A DNA stretch of 28,136 nt from positions 248,001-276,136 of the forward strand of contig JADIIX010000012.1 of NCBI GenBank assembly GCA_027604505.1, written 5' to 3'. The position numbers were made by a program, and so were the translations under genes. This DNA is from Gonapodya sp. JEL0774. Its lineage: Eukaryota. The stretch's first letter is position 1. Every line of letters begins with the position of its first letter. Of the stretch, positions 23,831 through 28,136 are shown in pieces. The notes under the pieces are model-generated. The model saw only the letters and a program-made list of their open reading frames with translations. It had not been told where the DNA came from and did no database searches.

Positions 23831-24813
23831 TCAACTACATACAGGAGATCCCGACCGAGATAAAAGAACCTCAAGAATCGTGCTGTAGAAAATGAAAGCG
23901 AAAAGAACCCACCGCTGGGCCAGTTACCCTTTTGCCAATTGAGTGCGGGGGCGTGTGTAGGTTTTTTTTTTTTTGCCCCGACACCGACGGCGGTGAAAAC
24001 GAAAAACGATGAACCCCGTGACGGACGTCAGCCGAAGGAGATCTCGTGGGGTTTCCTTTCAAGCTCTCACTCACGCTGCAGTGATTCCAACAGCAGTACC
24101 GACGCAGGCACCCAAAAACGTAAGGATGGATGTACCCCTTGCCTTGTCGGAAAGCACCCTGTCGGGTATTTTGAGTATGAGCAGTGAACCGATGTAGGCC
24201 ACTGCCAAAGTCTTCAGTTGAATCAGAGAATGATAAATGCAACGCAGTCATTGATGCATTGAGTCGAAAAAACAACTGGTGCAACCCACGATCACCAAGG
24301 TGCCACCGAAGAACACCAGTTTACCGATCGCTTCCTTGACCGCCGGGCTCGTGAGAGATTCTCGTACCCAATCCTTTATAGTATTGAGAGTCTCCCTGTC
24401 GGTACGCAGCCCCTCCAGACGGTCTCTTAAAAAATCGGTCAGGAAGCTCTGCAAATTTGCCGCCGACTTCGCGGGATCGGAGTTTCCTCTCGGAGGAGGG
24501 GCGGAGCCATTCGCAGCGAAAACGTGCCGTTCAAGCTCAACACCCAGCGAACCTTGTGGAAAGTCGTCGGGACCGAGAACGCCCTGGCCGGTCCTCAGTG
24601 CCTGTGAGATGGTCTCGACAGTGGCAGAAGAAAGCCTGGCGGTGAAGGTTTGTCCGTCGAGCACGATTGTCGAGATTCTCCGGAGATCTGTGGGTTTTTT
24701 TGATCGGGAAAGGGAGAGAATGGTCGAGGTGAGGAGCGGTTGGGTTCCGTGAACGAACGCGTTCGTCCTCGGTCTCTCCCACGTTGAAACGCAGCTTCCA
24801 AGTAGGCTGCCAT
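23831..24813 (-). CDS. Hypothetical protein with C-terminal two-helix transmembrane hairpin (~213 aa, 4 or 5 exons)
   Basis: Exons 24813-24759, 24687-24290, 24211-24075 and 23882-23831 are phase-consistent (donors GTTCGT, GTGGGT, GTGAGT). A further splice at GTATGT 23842 could instead end the protein at 23775. C-terminus reads LVFFGGTLVITLAVAYIGSLLILK..SILTFLGACVGTAVGITAATILEVLL. Confidence 0.6.
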
Positions 24814-24907
24814 TTCCGTCCTTGTTCCAAGCGATCAGCTTTGAAGATTTTTAAAAAGGGGTATGGGTATGGGATAACTTGATTTTCGTTTAATTTGTGG
24901 CGTGCTT

Positions 24908-24958
24908 GCTGTGGAAGAAGCTGCGGAAAGCAAGCTGTGGAAAGCAAGCTGTGGAAGG
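24908..24958. repeat. Short tandem repeat, about 4 copies of GCTGYGGAA(A)G(C)AA
   Basis: Sequence gctgtggaagaa-gctgcggaaagcaa-gctgtggaaagcaa-gctgtggaagg, about 100 bp upstream of the ATG at 24813 (-). Confidence 0.85.
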
Positions 24959-25439
24959 ATATGCCGATCACGCAACTTATCTTTATCCGGGACCTTGCGA
25001 TAAACCCATTCTCACTGAATCACTGAAAAATTCCCCTCATGCCCCCCGATCAATCTCCTCGTGGTAACAGTGAGTTTGTTTCCGGGCCCAGCAGCCCTGG
25101 CTCCAACTAGGGCAAAAACCACAAGCCTTGCAGCTTACTTTTTTGATCCATCTCTGGTCTCCTGCGTCCTTTGACTTGTCAACGACAGAGCTCACCGAAG
25201 AAGTGCTCTCCAAAAACGCAAGAGCGGTCTTCCGATGGGCTGTAGCTGGTACGATGGCGGGGGTTTTCGCGTCGGCTTTCCTGTGAGTGGGGACGGTATC
25301 ACAGTCGCTATAGGAGGACTCTCAGGCGGTGGCCGGTGGCCTACCTTCACATCAACTAATTGAAACGCATCGCATGATTTGCTTTCTCAGACCTTGTGGT
25401 GCTGTTCCTCCATCTCCGGCCTTTCTTTATCCCGATGGG

Positions 25440-25922
25440 CTAGTTTCTTTTCCACGACGGAATGGAAGCCTTGACGTAGCCACTCGTGTTGGCTGCCTTG
25501 CGGACGTGGCTTGCGCCGTCACTACTGGAATGGTTGCTGATGGTAGCCTTGACGTGGGCAGTGCTCGTAGCCTCCTTGACGTAGCCACTCGTGGTGGCTG
25601 CCTTGCGGACGTGACTTGTATCTCTACTGGAATGGTTGTTGATGGTAGCCTTGACGTGGCCAGTGCTCGTAGCCTCCTTGACATAGCCAGTGCCTTTGCT
25701 GGAATGGTCCTCGGTGTTGTGGTTGGGCTCTGGAATACCAGGCGAGCGGGTGGTGCACCACAATGTGACGGGAAGACAGTGGGAAGAGTGGAAACAATGA
25801 CGTCCACCGTTCCACCCATGATAGGAATGGATACCTTGGAAGAAAGTACCAAGGGGTGAGAGGACAGAGACAGGGTGATGAGTTGGAGTGGGAGATAAGA
25901 CTTGTTGTATGCTCAGTTCCAT
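25440..25922 (-). CDS. Orphan repeat-containing small protein (~160 aa)
   Basis: ATG at 25922, 193 bp from the divergent ATG at 26116. The C-terminal half is built from 34/35-aa repeats (GYVKEATSTGHVKATINNHSSRDTSHVRKAATTS). Indels between copies are whole codons, and TAT/TAC is synonymous in this frame. Confidence 0.45.
   Translation of the reverse strand: MELSIQQVLSPTPTHHPVSVLSPLGTFFQGIHSYHGWNGGRHCFHSSHCLPVTLWCTTRSPGIPEPNHNTEDHSSKGTGYVKEATSTGHVKATINNHSSRDTSHVRKAATTSGYVKEATSTAHVKATISNHSSSDGASHVRKAANTSGYVKASIPSWKRN
25467..25709. repeat. Hierarchical tandem repeat: 102/105-bp units made of ~24-27-bp sub-repeats
   Basis: CTTGACRTAGCC anchors end at 25481, 25586 and 25688 (spacings 105 and 102). 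The core CCTTG(CGG)ACGTRG recurs about 7 times. Confidence 0.9.
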
Positions 25923-26115
25923 TATAATAATTAATTGTTGGTGCGGTGAATTTATTTGAATTGTGGGGACGGGGGCAGACGACGGATGATCTGATCGATC
26001 GGGGCCGATCGTGCCTGCCCGGAAGGACACGCCCGACTGGTTTGACAACTGATTGCCACCACCCGCATCCATCCCAGACTTACAGCCCCGCACGCCGCGA
26101 TCCCCGACTCACACG

Positions 26116-27988
26116 ATGCGTGGAGTGCCGCACTCAGCCGATCTGTCCCTGCCGCCGCTTGCCGCCACTTCAGACTCGCCATCGCCGCACTCGTGGCCCC
26201 TGGCATCGCTCGTCCGCCGCATCGCTCTCATTGCTCGGCCCCTCACGATGACTCAGCGTCATGCCTTCCATCCCCCGCATCCCCCGCATCCCTTGCATCC
26301 TCAGCCCATCTCCCGCTCCCGCTCCTCCTCGGTCTCCAAGTCTGCGTCCCTCCTCCCGTCCCCGTCCCCGTCCCCTCCCTCCCCTCCCTCCTCCCCCTCG
26401 GCCCCCTCGGCCCCCTCGGCCCAACCCGTTCTCCCGCCTGACCACTCGGACCTCGATCTGCTCTCTCCCATCCCTCTCAACCCAGATTCAACATCAACCC
26501 CACAACGCCAAAACTCCGTCTCGATCGGCTCAGACTCCGGCACCTCCGCTGCTTCGATCTCGGCTGCTTTCATGGGGTTTGCCCTCATGGTCCTCTACGC
26601 TGCTTTGTGAGTCGTCTACTGTCTACTGGTGTGCTCTTTTGGGGAACGGGGTACGGTGATGTGATGATTTCGGGGACCGTGAGACTTAGGGTGGGGTGCG
26701 GGCGACCGAAAGGACCGCATTGAATCAAATATCCAAAGAATCCCAGTTCTCTTGACTTTGGTATTTCCTCTTGTTCTTGTTTTCTTTTTATTTTTTTCCT
26801 TTTCCTTTACGGCTTTTTTTTGGTGTGTTCTTTCGATCTGTTGTTGTCCTTTCCGTTTTCTTTTTTCCTTCGATCTTTCGCTTTCCTTTCCCTTTCTTTT
26901 CTTCTGTTTTGTTTTCAATTGCTTTTTCTGTTTTGGACGGCGTGGTGTGATGGCTGACTCGCAAATGTCGTGTTCCGTACTCACCATCCATCCCTCCCAC
27001 CCATGCGCACCCCAACAACCCCCCCGCCTTGCCCTCCCCCCCGCCTTGCCCCCCCTCCCTCCTCTCCAACACCCCCCAGCAACGTCCTCCAATCCTTCCT
27101 CACCACCCTGTTCCCCACCCTGGGCTTCCCCTGCCTCATCGCCCTCTACTCCTCGTTCGGCCTCTCCTCTGTCCTCCTCGCTCCCGTCGCCTCCCACCCC
27201 GCAGCACCTCCCTTCAGGGGCGACTTGAGAGCGGCCATGGCCCTGGGCGGCGTCACGGTCGCCCTGTTCTTGTGGGCTGCCAGAGTGGCAGCCGGGTGGG
27301 CGGCCGGTGCTGGTGCCGGTGCTGGGTCCGGCTCCGGCTCCGCGTCCGGTGCCACACCGTCCCCATCTCCAGACCCGGCACCCCTCCTCCTCGCCGCATC
27401 CGTCGTGGCAGGCCTCGGCACGGGCATACTCTGGGTCGCCGCGGGGGGGTACGTGGACGCGGTGGCCAGGGGTGTAGGTGTGGGTGTCGGTGAGCACGGC
27501 GGGACAGGGACCGGGACCGGTGCGGGCAGGGACAAGGACAAGGGAAAGGACAAGGACAGTGGCAATGGCAATGTCAAGGGCAAGGGGAACGGGAAGGGAA
27601 GCGGCAAGGTCGACGCGGGTGCGGGTGCGGGTGCCAGTGCGGCGGGCAAGATCAACGCGGTGTTTTTCGGAATGTTCATGGCAAACGGGGTGGGTAACTC
27701 ACGTACATTACTACTACTCGCGAAACATTCCTCCTCCGTCCCATCAGTATCAGTCCCGTCTCACACAACGCAAAAAATTCTCTGCCCCCGCACTCCACCC
27801 CATCCCAATCCCAACCAGATCCTCGGCAACCTCGCCGTCCTCATATTCCTCCTCGTGTCCCCCGCCACCTCACCCGCCTCCTCCGCTTCCCCGGAAACGA
27901 CCACCCCCACCACCCCCGCCCTCCTCTCGGTCCTCACCGCCTGCGCAGTCGTGGGATCCCTCGGCGTGCTGCTCATCGCACTGGCAGA
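26116..27988 (+). CDS. UNC-93/MFSD11-like MFS membrane protein (partial, continues past the window)
   Basis: Exons 26116 (or 26248)-26606, 27080-27689 and 27819-27988, followed by a GTGAGT donor. Motifs: GFALMVLYAAFNVLQSFLT..LGFPCLIALYSSFGLSSVLLAP, ASVVAGLGTGILWVAAGGYV, and GKINAVFFGMFMANGILGNL, which match UNC-93-type TM1-TM5. Confidence 0.85.
26750..26935 (+). repeat. T-rich low-complexity pyrimidine tract inside UNC-93-like intron 1
   Basis: About 185 bp dominated by T runs broken by C, within the 473-nt intron 26607-27079. Confidence 0.8.
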
Positions 27989-28136
27989 GTGAGTTGCGCG
28001 CCCTGCGTTTTTGGTTCCGCACCTCCACCTCCCACGACCACCGTGTTGTGGTGTCTGGAGTGCTCTCTCTTTAATGTTTCCTCCGTGCGTTCACCTCAAC
28101 ACCCCCCCCCGCCGCCGGGCGCGCGGCGGCGGCGCG

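Noticed and set aside
24908..24958. Similarity of TGTGGAAAG to the SV40 enhancer core (vector contamination)
   Set aside because: The match is only about 9 bp and there is no other vector sequence nearby.
26616..27497. Lys-rich minus-strand ORFs and a Phe-rich plus-strand ORF
   Set aside because: These are artefacts of the T-rich intron tract and of GC-rich antisense sequence of the UNC-93-like gene.

Overview
This is a eukaryotic, intron-rich, gene-dense window, most likely from a fungus. An early-diverging (chytrid-like) lineage is an inference from gene content and splice-site style. The ORF track is misleading here because almost every gene is spliced. I rebuilt GT-AG exon chains by hand and checked reading-frame phase at each junction. 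Recognisable genes are UBC1-type E2 with a UBA domain (-), a pfkB/ketohexokinase-like sugar kinase (+), SKP1 (-), a Mit_KHE1-family mitochondrial protein (+), a protein with two RGS domains (+), a BSD2/NDFIP-type Rsp5 adaptor (-) and the 5' part of an UNC-93/MFSD11-like transporter (+). There are also about seven orphan or low-complexity genes. Points of interest are the internally duplicated RGS protein with one apparently degenerate domain, frequent AAG 3' splice sites, many micro-exons, a sharp compositional and intron-size shift near 19 kb, a MITE-like insert and a G-rich minisatellite in BSD2 introns, and an orphan pair made of a hierarchical-repeat ORF and a two-TM protein. I found no CRISPR, rRNA, tRNA or autonomous transposon, and nothing I can claim as a proven new system.
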